52,695 bases of DNA, taken from contig DXJV01000091.1 of the NCBI GenBank assembly GCA_019056785.1, positions 1-52,695 on the forward strand, given 5' to 3'. The notes under the pieces are model-generated. The model was not told the DNA's origin and did not search any database. It saw nothing but the letters and a program-made list of their open reading frames with translations. The translations under genes and the position numbers were made by a program. The stretch's first letter is position 1, and every line of letters begins with the position of its first letter. Source of the DNA: Candidatus Heimdallarchaeota archaeon (GTDB taxonomy: Archaea > Asgardarchaeota > Heimdallarchaeia > JABLTI01). Below, piece by piece: positions 30,232-40,485 of this stretch.

Positions 30232-30903
30232 TTAGCTGTTTTCAACCGGTGTGTTTCTTTTCTTCCTCTCAGTATAGCTCTTTTTTTCAGTTTGAAGGAT
30301 ATTCTGGCACAAAATCTCAAATGTTTCTCTTACATTAATATTGGATTTTGATGACGTTTCCAAAAAGTCAACGATGTTAAGCTGCAAGTCTTCCTTCGAA
30401 TTGATGAAATCTTTGACAATTGCAGGGTCAACTTCTCTTTCATCTTCTAAGTCATTTTTTGTGGAGACAAGGATTATTGGAATGTCTTTCTCACAATTCG
30501 CTTTAATCAGCGGGATCCAGGTGTGATAGAGCGAAAAGAAAGTATCAATTACTGTACTATCATATGCCAGAATAATCCCTTTACATCCTTTCAGAAAACG
30601 ATCCATAATTTGTTGAAACTGTGGTTGCCCGGCAAGATCCCAAACAGAGAGCACCACCGACCCATTGTCTGTCTCTAGAGTGTGAGTGAAAAATTGCACC
30701 CCAATAGTTATTTTATAATTATCAAAGTAATCATCTAAAATATGCCCCATTGCTCGTTGACACAAAGTGGTTTTTCCGACTCCTCCAACACCAGCAATTG
30801 CAACCTTTATGATCTTGTTTTTTTCCTTTTCCAAAGGCAAATCTGTTTCAAGGTTCTTACTTGTTAAGACTCTTTTGTGTCGTTTTGATTCTATCTGTTG
30901 CAT
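30232..30903 (-). CDS. Rab-like small GTPase
   Basis: GVGGVGKTT, YKITIGVQF, WDLAGQ, FLKGC, LAYDST, TKND, TSSK. No C-terminal prenylation Cys motif. Confidence 0.9.
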   Translation of the reverse strand: MQQIESKRHKRVLTSKNLETDLPLEKEKNKIIKVAIAGVGGVGKTTLCQRAMGHILDDYFDNYKITIGVQFFTHTLETDNGSVVLSVWDLAGQPQFQQIMDRFLKGCKGIILAYDSTVIDTFFSLYHTWIPLIKANCEKDIPIILVSTKNDLEDEREVDPAIVKDFINSKEDLQLNIVDFLETSSKSNINVRETFEILCQNILQTEKKSYTERKKRNTPVENS

Positions 30904-30976
30904 GTCTTTTTATTAGCAAGAACTTATTTTTAACTGCTTTGCTGATAAAAAATCCCTCGAGACAACAAATAGTCCC

Positions 30977-31417
30977 TTAGTTTAGATTGCGTAATGCCTG
31001 CATAATTTGCTTCGCTTTAACAATTGCCACAGGCAATTTCGTTGTTTTCCGTTCACATTGGACAAAAAGGAGGAGCTTCTGTTGTGTTAGAACAAGAAGG
31101 GTTACTTCTTCCATTTGTATAAGTAAATGTTCCATCGAATTTTCTGTCATTTTTTTCAAGCGAGTTTTAACGCCCCCTACAAGTTCAATAATCTCTTTAA
31201 ACTCGAGGGTTTTCTCCCTTTTCCCCCATCGTTGATAATCATAGATCACCCTTTTTGGTTCAAGACAAATACAAAGACGAATAATGCCACGCATTGATAT
31301 TAATTCAGAAACAATTTTCTCGATATTTTGAGGCGCTTTTTCAGACAAAAAAATTACCGGTTCAATATAAATATCTGCATTCAATTTTTCCGCAACCTTA
31401 CTCTTCTTTTTAATCAT
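30977..31417 (-). CDS. Roadblock/LC7-like protein
   Basis: Roadblock-type alpha/beta pattern (GIIRLCIC...MEHLLIQMEEVTLLV...LLLFVQC...LPVAIVKAKQIMQAL), directly upstream of the Rab-like gene. Confidence 0.65.
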   Translation of the reverse strand: MIKKKSKVAEKLNADIYIEPVIFLSEKAPQNIEKIVSELISMRGIIRLCICLEPKRVIYDYQRWGKREKTLEFKEIIELVGGVKTRLKKMTENSMEHLLIQMEEVTLLVLTQQKLLLFVQCERKTTKLPVAIVKAKQIMQALRNLN

Positions 31418-31660
31418 TGTTCCCCTTATCCATTCTTCTTCGTGCTTTTATTTTTTACTTAATAGTCTTTTTTTATTGTTTAAATTTTCCGCTTGTCCCT
31501 TTCGGATTACTGTCTTTTTTTGTCAATTTTTTCCTATTTCTTTTTTAGTTTCCAACGTACTTTTTTGTTTCTCGCTGCAAATGAAAAAGTAAAAACATTT
31601 TCCTGAAATAATTAGTTTATTGTTTCACAATTTGTTTGTGGTTCTTTCTCTTCTTTTTTT

Positions 31661-31678
31661 TCGTCGAAAAATCGACGA
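31661..31678. repeat. Palindromic element TCGTCGA-AAAA-TCGACGA, copy 1
   Basis: Perfect 7-bp IR, identical to the copy at 36611. Confidence 0.85.
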
Positions 31679-31991
31679 GAAAAATTATTTAAAAAACGAT
31701 TTAATTAAATGACGTATTTAATAAATAACTCACAAACAAACAAATTCTTTGTTAAAATGAATTTTTGATAAAAGGTATTGGCTATTTGAAGTATTAAAAA
31801 AATGAGACTGAGAGACATTTTTTCTTAATTTAGCAATTATAAATTAAGTGTACAAAAAATAAGAGCGTAAAAAAACAAAGATTTAGTTAAGTAATTTTAC
31901 AATAATTATAACTATGAAAAATATTGTTAAGAAAAATTATTATTGAAAAAAACCTTCTTTTTATTTAGAAGAAACTTTGAGGTGAGAACTG

Positions 31992-32924
31992 ATGTCTCGT
32001 GAAAGAAAATATTTTAAACCACTTCTGTTTGTTAATCTTTTACTAATTGGAATTGCCTTTCAAGATTGTTCCTTAATTCAAGCCACTCAAATAACTTTTG
32101 ATGATCATTTCACGTTTAATGCAATTTTTACTGTTAATGATTTTGGTAACTTTTCACGTTTTAAAGATGATTCCCGGATTTACAGTTATAACGGTGGGTC
32201 TTCAATTGAATTTGAATATCTAAGAGGAGTAGTTTCCGAGAATGTTTCTGAAATTTACATATTATCCTTAGGTGATTTAGGAAATGTTTCTGATTTTTCG
32301 TTAAGCGTTGTCGTGAATTACACCTTTGTTGATCTTTACGACATTGCCAGTTCCTATGCAATTGTTGGCAGCTATTATAATAATGATCTGGAATGGGTTG
32401 GTTATCCTCAAGATGCTCAGAGCCCTGTTTGTATATTGGGCTATCAAGACTTCTGGCGAAACTCTTCAGGCCGGATTTTTACAACCGCATATCAATATGA
32501 TATAGAAGAAACAAATACTACGGAACTAAATGCTACTGCTCTTTCAGGCGAACTTTTGTTAGAAGTTTCAAGAAATACTACCGGCTTGTTTACCAAAATC
32601 TCGTTTAATAATAATTATACTGAGATTGTTACTAAACAAGTAGTACATGGTATTTGGAAACCTGTTAATTATCTCCTGCTCTCCTTCATCTCTTCGGGTA
32701 ATACCACTGAAAATGCCAAAGCAATCTGGAAAGATTTTACTGCCGCATTTACGATCGAAAACGTTGGTCCAGTTATCCCGCCTAATACCTCTACGGGACC
32801 GAAATTCACCATCCCCAGCTTTAGCATTCCGGGATACACGTTAGTTATTGCCTTTTCAAGTACCATATTTCTTGCAGTGATTGTTTTCCTTAGAAAACGA
32901 ACTGAAAAAGCAGTAGTTTCTTAA
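31992..32924 (+). CDS. Secreted surface protein with IPGY-TM-basic C-terminal anchor
   Basis: Signal peptide, many NxS/T sequons, Pro/Thr linker, IPGYTLVIAFSSTIFLAVIVFL-RKR. Confidence 0.75.
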   Translation: MSRERKYFKPLLFVNLLLIGIAFQDCSLIQATQITFDDHFTFNAIFTVNDFGNFSRFKDDSRIYSYNGGSSIEFEYLRGVVSENVSEIYILSLGDLGNVSDFSLSVVVNYTFVDLYDIASSYAIVGSYYNNDLEWVGYPQDAQSPVCILGYQDFWRNSSGRIFTTAYQYDIEETNTTELNATALSGELLLEVSRNTTGLFTKISFNNNYTEIVTKQVVHGIWKPVNYLLLSFISSGNTTENAKAIWKDFTAAFTIENVGPVIPPNTSTGPKFTIPSFSIPGYTLVIAFSSTIFLAVIVFLRKRTEKAVVS

Positions 32925-33084
32925 TGCGAAAAGTGGCGGTCTTGAAAAAATAAGACCCCCATTTCCCTCCTTATTTTTTTTGAGATATTTGCCATAGATA
33001 AAGAAAGAAGGTCGTAAAGTAAAGCGGGGATAATAATTAATTGAGCATTGAATAGAGAATTAATGTAAATCACTCGAGGTTTTT

Positions 33085-34078
33085 TTAAAGGAAAATGAGT
33101 CGTTGAAAGGGAATGTAATTTAAATGCTCATAGAGAGCAACACCATTTTTATTGATCTCAGGGGTACCAACGAAAGAATAGTCAAAGCCCATTTGTAAGA
33201 ATGTCTTTTCAATTGTAGTTATAAGTGCTTTTGCCACACCCCTCCCACGAAAGTTTGGATGCACACCCAACACACCTATAACACCAACTTGTAAGCCGTC
33301 CTCTCTTTTGGGCGAAAAAGCGACAAGTATTCCTGCAGGTTCTTGCTCTATCTATCTGGGCAATCAACTAAAATTCCAGAGGCGAATACCCAAACATTCC
33401 TGCGACAATGCATTTGTTTAATTCCAGACAATGTTCATAATTACTGACAATCGGGTCCCAGGAATGGATACTTTTGTCTTCTTCTAGTGTACTAAAAGCT
33501 TGAACTGTTAAGTCGCAGAAAGTCTAGAGAGAATAGTGGCTGCATGTTTTGAAAGTAATAACATTCCCTTCTATAGAGTCTATTTCCTCACTGCTTTGCT
33601 CTGTTAGTTACTTATAAAATTGCTTTGTGAGAGGAACCTTTTCATTAAATCCTACTGAATTGAAAAGCTCTAATAAAGGCGCCACACTACTAAGCTCATC
33701 AAGCATATATTTGAAAGATGTTTCAAGCCATTTCACACCTCGGCGCTTTAAGAGGGTAAGTCCTTCCTCGAGTAATTTTCCGGCGACCGTTTTAAACGAA
33801 GCTTGTTCTTTGACTAAGGGTTCCCACCGTTTAGTTTTTGCTTCGTCCTTTCTGATCAGTATCTCCATGCAGCCAACAAATGCTTGTTGCTCCTCTGAAA
33901 ATGCTACAAGAAAGAAGTTTTCCTTCTTTTGGAATTGTTTTTGTAATTCTGCTAATTCTTCTTCTTTATTATAAAACATAAATCGATTTGTTTTTCCCCA
34001 AGGAGTAGTTTTAACGCATTCTTTCTAAAGTTTTTGATAATCATTCCATGTAGATAGCTCTTTAACACTAATTTTCAC
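33085..34078 (-). pseudogene. Tandem GNAT acetyltransferase pseudogene
   Basis: GTG at 34078. In-frame stops (TAG 34025-34027, TAA 33608-33610, two further TAG) and a frameshift near 33350. The C-terminal LGVHPNFRGRGVA...N..GVALYE is a GNAT motif. Confidence 0.8.
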
Positions 34079-34088
34079 CTTCTACACC

Positions 34089-34166
34089 TACCCTAAGAAG
34101 GGTAAAGTCTATACTATAGCCCATTATTTAGTTTATTGGTGTAAAAAAACCCTTGGGCTATAGTGT
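34089..34166. promoter_or_regulatory. Two adjacent inverted repeats
   Basis: TACCCT/AGGGTA (34089-34104) and perfect 11-bp ACTATAGCCCA/TGGGCTATAGT (34113-34123/34154-34164). Confidence 0.45.
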
Positions 34167-34361
34167 GCTTTTGATTGTACTGCTCGTTATATGATAATGA
34201 GTATTATCATATATCCTTCTTTTAAATAAAAAGCCATAAAAAACACGCATTTTACTTTTAATACCAAAGAGTTAATAACCTTTAGGAACCGAACAAAAAA
34301 TAATTACTTTAGCCTTAATAAAAAAGAATTAAAATAAAAAAGCAATTAATATTGTTATCGA

Positions 34362-36548
34362 GTGACCCAAGGAGGGTGCCCATTGAGCTTTGACGCAACA
34401 GACATTATACCCATCGAATATCAATCGTTATTTAGGATTATTTCACCTATAGAAAAATCAGGGATTTTAAAAATACTCCGGGAGAAATACTCTTCATTAA
34501 AAGATAAATATGAAGCATTTTTTCAAGCATTAAAAGACTATCTGATTAATTATCAGTCAGAAGATATTTCTTCTCTTTCCTTTATTATGTTCGGGCAAAT
34601 ATCACTTGATCTGTTAAAAAATGAAAAAATTACTCAAATGCTTGAACTTTATCCGAACTCATCAGAGCTGAAATTCTATAATATTCAATTACAGGTTGAT
34701 AAAGGCATTTTTGAAGGGGTAAATGAAGTTATCAAAGCGAGCCGGTTAAAACCGACTGAGCGAAACATGATTTTCAATCGTTTAGTTGCTGCAGATAAAC
34801 TTGCCAGAATAATTTTAGATCTGCAAAGTTTTCTCCTGGAAATAATGTTTTATTCAATGAAACAAGATTATGAAAAAGCAATGAGTATTTTCACAGAAGC
34901 AGAAGATATTTGGCATCGAATTTTAAATTGGATTAAAGATAAAGAAATAACCTTTGTAACAGAACTCGTTATCAGAGCAATTTTACAGAAATGCCAAATT
35001 CTACTTTCTGCGAAAGGGCTAGATGTTGCTATCAAATACTATGAAACAGATGAGATTCAAAGTGTGCTAAAAAAAGCAAAGAGCTTTGTTACTAAAGCAA
35101 ATATCCTTCATGTCGCGGCTATGCTTTATTATAGCGCCGGCCAACCAAAGAAAGGGTTGAAATATCTCGAGAAAGCAATTAAAAATCTCAAGAAAGTTCA
35201 TGGAAGAAACTCATGGAAATCAACTTTTTATCACAACTTGGCATATATGTATACACTACTTGACAAAAACAAGTCAATTGAAGCATATGAAAAATGCATT
35301 GAATTATTGGAAGGGACGGATGATTTACAAACACTAGCTTCAGTTCTTAGTAATCTTATTGGACTTCATACGCAAGCAAACCGGAAGGGAGAAGCACGAA
35401 AACGCCTTAAACAGTTAGTTGAAATTTTAGATCAAAGTGATGAGCTTGTTACTTCCTTCAGAGCCTATGCTGTTGCTTCTAATGCCATGAGTTTGGATGA
35501 CTATCAACTAGCCAAAAAATATTTGAAAATTCTGGAAGAAAAAGTAGAACAAGCTCCAACTTTAATGAATAAAGCTATTAAAGCAAGTGCCTATTTTGCT
35601 TACTATCTTGATGTTGAAATTAATTCAGAAAAGGCCTATAAATATGGTGAAGAAGCTCTGTTCTACATTACAAAACAAAAAGATTACTTAAATGCTCTTG
35701 GAATTGTTTTTAATCTGGTAACAACTGATTTGCAATTTTATAAAATAACGGAAAAAGATCGCTACTTGAATAATGCTAAAAGAAGATTAAAAGAGCTTTT
35801 AACGTTGGTTGGCGCGTTAAATCAACCAAAATGGAAAGCAGATAAAAATATTGTTCAAGCAAGTTTCGAAATTCTTTCACAAAACTACGACCAAGCAAAA
35901 TCATTTATCTCAATTATTCCGAAAACAACTGACAAAAAGGTAAATGCAAAGAAAAAAATGCTCAAACAATTACTCGAATTTTCTAAACGAAAAGAAAGCA
36001 AACCGGATGAGGAAACCACTCCTGAGCCTTTTCCAGACCAACCATTACTAAATGAACTTGCAACAAATAAAGATGCTACTAAAATAATGGTGATGCACAT
36101 ACTTGAACAAACCCTTGAGGAATTAGTCCAATTACCACAACAAGTTGATCCAATAAAAGCAGACATAAAACTTATTCTTCTTATTAATGACGCAGGGCTT
36201 ACTATTTATACAAAAGTCTTCGATATTCAAAAAATGAACCAACAACTGATTTCTAACTTTATTTCTGCTATTGATTCATTCGGGAAACAGCTGTTTGGTA
36301 CTACAGAACCCTACTTCTCTATTACTCGAGGTAACAATATTATCCTCTATCGAAATATTAACGATAACTTAAATCTCGCCCTTATCGTTTCTCAAGAAAA
36401 CTTTGATGCCATTATGAAGCTAAACACTTTAGCACTCGATATTGCTAGCTATCTTAAAGAAACTCCCACTGATCTTAATCATGAACTTACATCTACTGAT
36501 CACTTCCATACATGGTTAGAAACCAAAGTCGATGAAATGCTAAAATAA
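34362..36548 (+). CDS. TPR-solenoid protein with C-terminal longin domain
   Basis: TPR-like YHNLAYMY..., LSNLIGLH...; C-terminal IKLILLINDAGLTIY...QLISNFISAIDSFGKQLFG is longin-like. Confidence 0.8.
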   Translation: MTQGGCPLSFDATDIIPIEYQSLFRIISPIEKSGILKILREKYSSLKDKYEAFFQALKDYLINYQSEDISSLSFIMFGQISLDLLKNEKITQMLELYPNSSELKFYNIQLQVDKGIFEGVNEVIKASRLKPTERNMIFNRLVAADKLARIILDLQSFLLEIMFYSMKQDYEKAMSIFTEAEDIWHRILNWIKDKEITFVTELVIRAILQKCQILLSAKGLDVAIKYYETDEIQSVLKKAKSFVTKANILHVAAMLYYSAGQPKKGLKYLEKAIKNLKKVHGRNSWKSTFYHNLAYMYTLLDKNKSIEAYEKCIELLEGTDDLQTLASVLSNLIGLHTQANRKGEARKRLKQLVEILDQSDELVTSFRAYAVASNAMSLDDYQLAKKYLKILEEKVEQAPTLMNKAIKASAYFAYYLDVEINSEKAYKYGEEALFYITKQKDYLNALGIVFNLVTTDLQFYKITEKDRYLNNAKRRLKELLTLVGALNQPKWKADKNIVQASFEILSQNYDQAKSFISIIPKTTDKKVNAKKKMLKQLLEFSKRKESKPDEETTPEPFPDQPLLNELATNKDATKIMVMHILEQTLEELVQLPQQVDPIKADIKLILLINDAGLTIYTKVFDIQKMNQQLISNFISAIDSFGKQLFGTTEPYFSITRGNNIILYRNINDNLNLALIVSQENFDAIMKLNTLALDIASYLKETPTDLNHELTSTDHFHTWLETKVDEMLK

Positions 36549-36606
36549 TTAATTTTCTTTTTTATTAAATAGTTTTTCATTTTGTATTATTTTTTTAAGA
36601 CCGATA

Positions 36607-36632
36607 ATTTTCGTCGAAAAATCGACGAAAAT
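36607..36632. repeat. Palindromic element copy 2 (ATTTTCGTCGA-AAAA-TCGACGAAAAT)
   Basis: 11-bp perfect IR between convergent genes; core identical to 31661-31678. Confidence 0.85.
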
Positions 36633-36723
36633 CAAGAATGGTTAAAAAAACATTTAAATAAAAGAATGATTGAAAAAATAAACGAAAAGAAAAGAAAACA
36701 ACTTATAAAAAGAAGAAAAAAAA

Positions 36724-37203
36724 TTAGCTGCAGACTTTAGAAATCCATTGTGAAGCAATAGTAAGAAGAGAGGAGATATTAACTTTCTCTTTTTCGAGTA
36801 ATTGAAGGGTGTCTTTAGTAAAGGAATCAAAAATAGTTTTGGGTTTAAGAAGAATTAAATGGTACTGTTGATCATTAGTTTTAAGTGATATAGGAACCAA
36901 CCAAATTAAATGACTATGGGAAATGAAGAAGGCGACTTGTATAGGGCTTGTTAAGAGATAATCAGAAATTCTATTACAAGTGCTACTGATGAGGGAAGCT
37001 GTAGCAGCAAGATGTTCTTTCGAATCTCGTCTGTGAATTGCTTCAGCGATCACTAAGCCGGTTTCATCTGTCAAGACGCACGATTGTAATGATCCTGCTT
37101 TTCGCAATTCTTTTAAGATGAAACTTAAAGCACTATTGGTTGATATAGTCTTTTTGGTTAAATATTTTGCGAGTTTTTTCTTGAACTTTGCAATGGAACC
37201 CAT
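36724..37203 (-). CDS. Roadblock/LC7 (MglB/LAMTOR-like) protein
   Basis: LQSCVLTDETGLVIAE...EHLAATASLI. Likely start ATG 37203 (GGGTG upstream). Confidence 0.8.
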   Translation of the reverse strand: MGSIAKFKKKLAKYLTKKTISTNSALSFILKELRKAGSLQSCVLTDETGLVIAEAIHRRDSKEHLAATASLISSTCNRISDYLLTSPIQVAFFISHSHLIWLVPISLKTNDQQYHLILLKPKTIFDSFTKDTLQLLEKEKVNISSLLTIASQWISKVCS

Positions 37204-37350
37204 GAATAGATAACACCCTATTAAATGAAAAATGACAAACAATAAAGGAGTAGCTGAAAGATTTTAAGAACCTTGTGTTTGAAGTAAATTCAAAGCCCAG
37301 ATAGGGAAAGACTTTAAACAAACCAAAGCTAATAACTGATACGTGAAAAA

Positions 37351-38736
37351 ATGGCAATACAAGAAAGCTTTGCTGACCTGGAAGGATTTATTGCTAATCT
37401 AATGCAAGAGACAAAGATCCCTGGGCTCAGTGTTATGGTTCTTAAGAAAGATGAAATTATTTACGCTCGTGGTTTTGGTGCCCGTTCTTTAGAGGGAAAC
37501 TTGCCGGCAACAGAAAATACACTCTTTGGCATTGGTTCAATAACAAAGTCATTCACTTGTTTGGCAATTCAAATACTCCAGGAGCAAAGAAAATTAAACA
37601 TAGAAGACCCTATTGAGAAGTATCTTCCGGTAACAATTGATGCAAAAGAGGAACCTATAAGAATCAAACATCTAATGTCACATACTTCGGGTTTACCGGA
37701 CCTGGGAATGGCATCTGTTTTAATTTGTCGTCATTCAGTTCTCACGAAAGAGAAAATGATTCCCTTTAGTAGTGATGAGGATGTATATCTTCATATTAAC
37801 AATGCTGCCCAGGAGTTGTTTTCTCCCCCTGATAAACGATTCTTTTATTTCAATTCTGGTTTTCTTTTACTTGGAAAGATCATCGAGAAAGTTACTAACC
37901 AAGACCTCGGAACAGTTTTTAAGGAAATGATTTTGCAGCGATTAAAAATGAACCGAACAACGTTTGAAAAAGAGGATTTTGAAAAAGACAATGATCATAT
38001 GACGGCGTATTATTTAACTCCTGAAGGAAAGTTAAAGCCTACAAATCATCCATTTGATAAGTTCATTTATGCTGCGGGAGGCTTGCTTTCATCTGTCAAA
38101 GAGCTCGGAAATTATCTACAATTATACTTAAATGAGGGGACTTTTGGAGGGGAAAATGTACTTTCGAAAGCAAAAATTGCTCAACTGTATGAACCGTATA
38201 TTGAACGTCCTTTAGAATCCTTTTTCGGGAAAGAAAGCTATGGATTTGGTTGGGCAATTACAGAAAACTTTTTTAGAGAAAGATTGATCAGTCATGGCGG
38301 CTCGACAGGCGTCTCAAGTGGTTACCTTGCCTTTCTTCCGGAGAAAAAACTTGCGTGTGCTGTTCTAGGGAATGTTGGGAATTGTCAAGGTGGGCTCGTA
38401 GCTCAACTTTTCCTTGCAGCCCTTTTAGGGAAAGAAGCACTTAAAGAGCATCCCATGTTACAATACGAAACAAAAATAGGCCCCCTACTAGGCGAGTATC
38501 AAACCTACAAAGGAATTAACCAATTGAAGGTGTTCAAAGAAGGATTAACACTTAAAATAAAATTCCAAGAAGAAGGACAACCACCATTAACCCTTGTGCC
38601 AGAAAGGCTAACAGAAGAGGAATATGCTTTCTGGACTCCCCAGGGGCCATTGAAATTTCCAATCAATTTCTTTAGAGACCAAAAGACAGGAAAAGTTGAT
38701 TTAATTATCGAACGAAGCATCTATCATAAAAAATAA
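37351..38736 (+). CDS. Serine hydrolase, beta-lactamase class C/CubicO peptidase family
   Basis: GSITK (SxxK), LMSHTSGL, YFN, HGG motifs. Confidence 0.9.
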   Translation: MAIQESFADLEGFIANLMQETKIPGLSVMVLKKDEIIYARGFGARSLEGNLPATENTLFGIGSITKSFTCLAIQILQEQRKLNIEDPIEKYLPVTIDAKEEPIRIKHLMSHTSGLPDLGMASVLICRHSVLTKEKMIPFSSDEDVYLHINNAAQELFSPPDKRFFYFNSGFLLLGKIIEKVTNQDLGTVFKEMILQRLKMNRTTFEKEDFEKDNDHMTAYYLTPEGKLKPTNHPFDKFIYAAGGLLSSVKELGNYLQLYLNEGTFGGENVLSKAKIAQLYEPYIERPLESFFGKESYGFGWAITENFFRERLISHGGSTGVSSGYLAFLPEKKLACAVLGNVGNCQGGLVAQLFLAALLGKEALKEHPMLQYETKIGPLLGEYQTYKGINQLKVFKEGLTLKIKFQEEGQPPLTLVPERLTEEEYAFWTPQGPLKFPINFFRDQKTGKVDLIIERSIYHKK

Positions 38737-38860
38737 GGATAGGAGAAGTAATAAATCATTATTATAAGCTCTTTTTTTAAGCTTGAAAGAAATCTGTAAT
38801 AAAGGAATTATAATTATCAAAAGTAATAAATATAATAAGAAAAGGTTGTTAAAAAGAAAA

Positions 38861-39099
38861 ATGTCACTTGAAAAAAAAGGAAAATTGCAATAATACTTAC
38901 TATTATTGCTACAGTGCTTCTAATATCAGGCATCATAGATCTAATAGTTGGAACCGCCTATGCCGTTACAGGCAAGTTGGCTTTATTTTGGGCATCACTC
39001 ACAGGGATTCTACCAGTCTCCATTATTGTAGCAATTGCAGCATTAATAGTTGATATTTCTTTTCGAAAAGAGAAAAGGGCTCTGAAAGAATTAAAGTAA
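38861..39099 (+). pseudogene. Small two-TM protein with a frameshift in an A8 run
   Basis: Adding one A to 38871-38878 gives MSLEKKRKIAIILTIIATVLLISGII...KELK. Confidence 0.55.
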
Positions 39100-39110
39100 C
39101 AATTAATTTA

Positions 39111-39929
39111 TCAAATCTCATTTAAATCATCTGCAACTGATAGAAGAAGTTGCTTGAATAATTTATTTTCCCTTAAAAAGCTAAGATTTTTTGTTACTGG
39201 TGAGATGCTTATTTTATTCTTAAGTATCGCATGAAGGTCTGTTCCTGGAGGTGCTTCAAGAATGGCATCCCCCCATAGGAAATAGTAATCATTCTCTCTT
39301 GGGTCCTTATGTTTTATTGGTTTGAAGGTTAGTGATCTGTCAGCTAGTGAAGTGATTTCGATTAATGTTTCCCGTGTTATTTGTTTGGGAAAGTTAACAT
39401 TGAAAAAAGCTAGCTCTGGGGGGAACTGCTTTCCCAGGAGTTTTTCGACCATCTTCGCAGCCAGTTCAGTAGCCACTTTAAAGGCTTCCTTTGGTGGTGT
39501 TACAAAGAAATTCGCTTGGTGAACATCCATTGAAAAGGCTATTGCTGGGACATTCATGTATGCTGCTTCAAATGCTGCTGCACATGTTCCTGAGGTTAAG
39601 ATGATGTGTGAAGAAATATTCAATCCTTGATTAATACCTGCAACAACCATATCAAAAGGTCTCTCTGACAAAGATTGCAACCCAAAAATCACCGCATCTG
39701 CTGATGAGCCATCAATAGTATACCCTTGAATGTTCTCTGAAATAACTTCTTTTTCAACATGAAGAATTTGATTAATTGTTATAGCTTTACCTTCGGCACT
39801 TCTTTGGATGTGAGGGGTGATAATTGTCACTCGAGCAATTTTTTTCAGGGCTTTATAGAGCATAATTAAACCATTACTTCTCAACCCGTCATCACAAGTA
39901 AGCAAAATTTTGTATTTTTTTTCTGTCAT
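39111..39929 (-). CDS. surE: 5'/3'-nucleotidase SurE
   Basis: ILLTCDDG, GSSADAV, GINQGLN, SGTCAAAFEA, NVNFP. Confidence 0.93.
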   Translation of the reverse strand: MTEKKYKILLTCDDGLRSNGLIMLYKALKKIARVTIITPHIQRSAEGKAITINQILHVEKEVISENIQGYTIDGSSADAVIFGLQSLSERPFDMVVAGINQGLNISSHIILTSGTCAAAFEAAYMNVPAIAFSMDVHQANFFVTPPKEAFKVATELAAKMVEKLLGKQFPPELAFFNVNFPKQITRETLIEITSLADRSLTFKPIKHKDPRENDYYFLWGDAILEAPPGTDLHAILKNKISISPVTKNLSFLRENKLFKQLLLSVADDLNEI

Positions 39930-40058
39930 TGTATGAACCTACACTTTAAAAAACATATAATTGTTTTTAAATTTCAGTTTATTTCAGTATTTTATAGGAA
40001 AAGAAAAGTATGTTAGTTAATAAAAATATGAAAGAGTTTCATTATCTGTGGTATTAAA

Positions 40059-40456
40059 ATGGCTCACTCCAATCCATTAGAGTCTAAAGTAATAGTTTTA
40101 GGGCTATCCCAGTCCGGCAAGACATCGATTAAACAAGTTGTTTTGAAGGGTTTACTCCGCAGGCAACCGCACTTAATCAGACCACTGTACGAATTAATCG
40201 AAAATTGTTTAATTTAGCCGGTGGCAACATCAATCTTTTTGATATTTATGGCAAACGAATACAAAAATCAGCTTTAGATGTTGCTTTGGAAAATGCAGAA
40301 CAACTAGAAAGAGGATTTAATGTTAAAAGTGGTTTTGGGACAACTACAATAGAAATGTATCTCATTCATGATTGTGTCGAGGAGTTGCGTCTAATCCCTG
40401 TAATTCTGGATCAAAATCCTGAGTATCGACGATATGAAAAGAGCCGTCCGATGTGA
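40059..40456 (+). pseudogene. Rag/Gtr-like GTPase remnant
   Basis: ATG 40059 gives MAHSNPLESKVIVLGLSQSGKTSIKQVV. One T is missing at 40141-40144, then FEG...TTVRINRK...INLFDI; the remainder of G3, G4 and G5 are absent (internal deletion). Confidence 0.7.
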
Positions 40457-40485
40457 GGGATTTTTCCTCTCTTTTTTAACGATGG

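Noticed and set aside
31418-31991. Possible replication origin
   Set aside because: No ORB-like G-string motif and no cdc6/orc1 nearby.
33085-34078. Several in-frame TAG codons suggesting pyrrolysine or stop recoding
   Set aside because: The same gene also has a TAA and a frameshift, and TAG terminates intact genes in this window; pseudogene is simpler.
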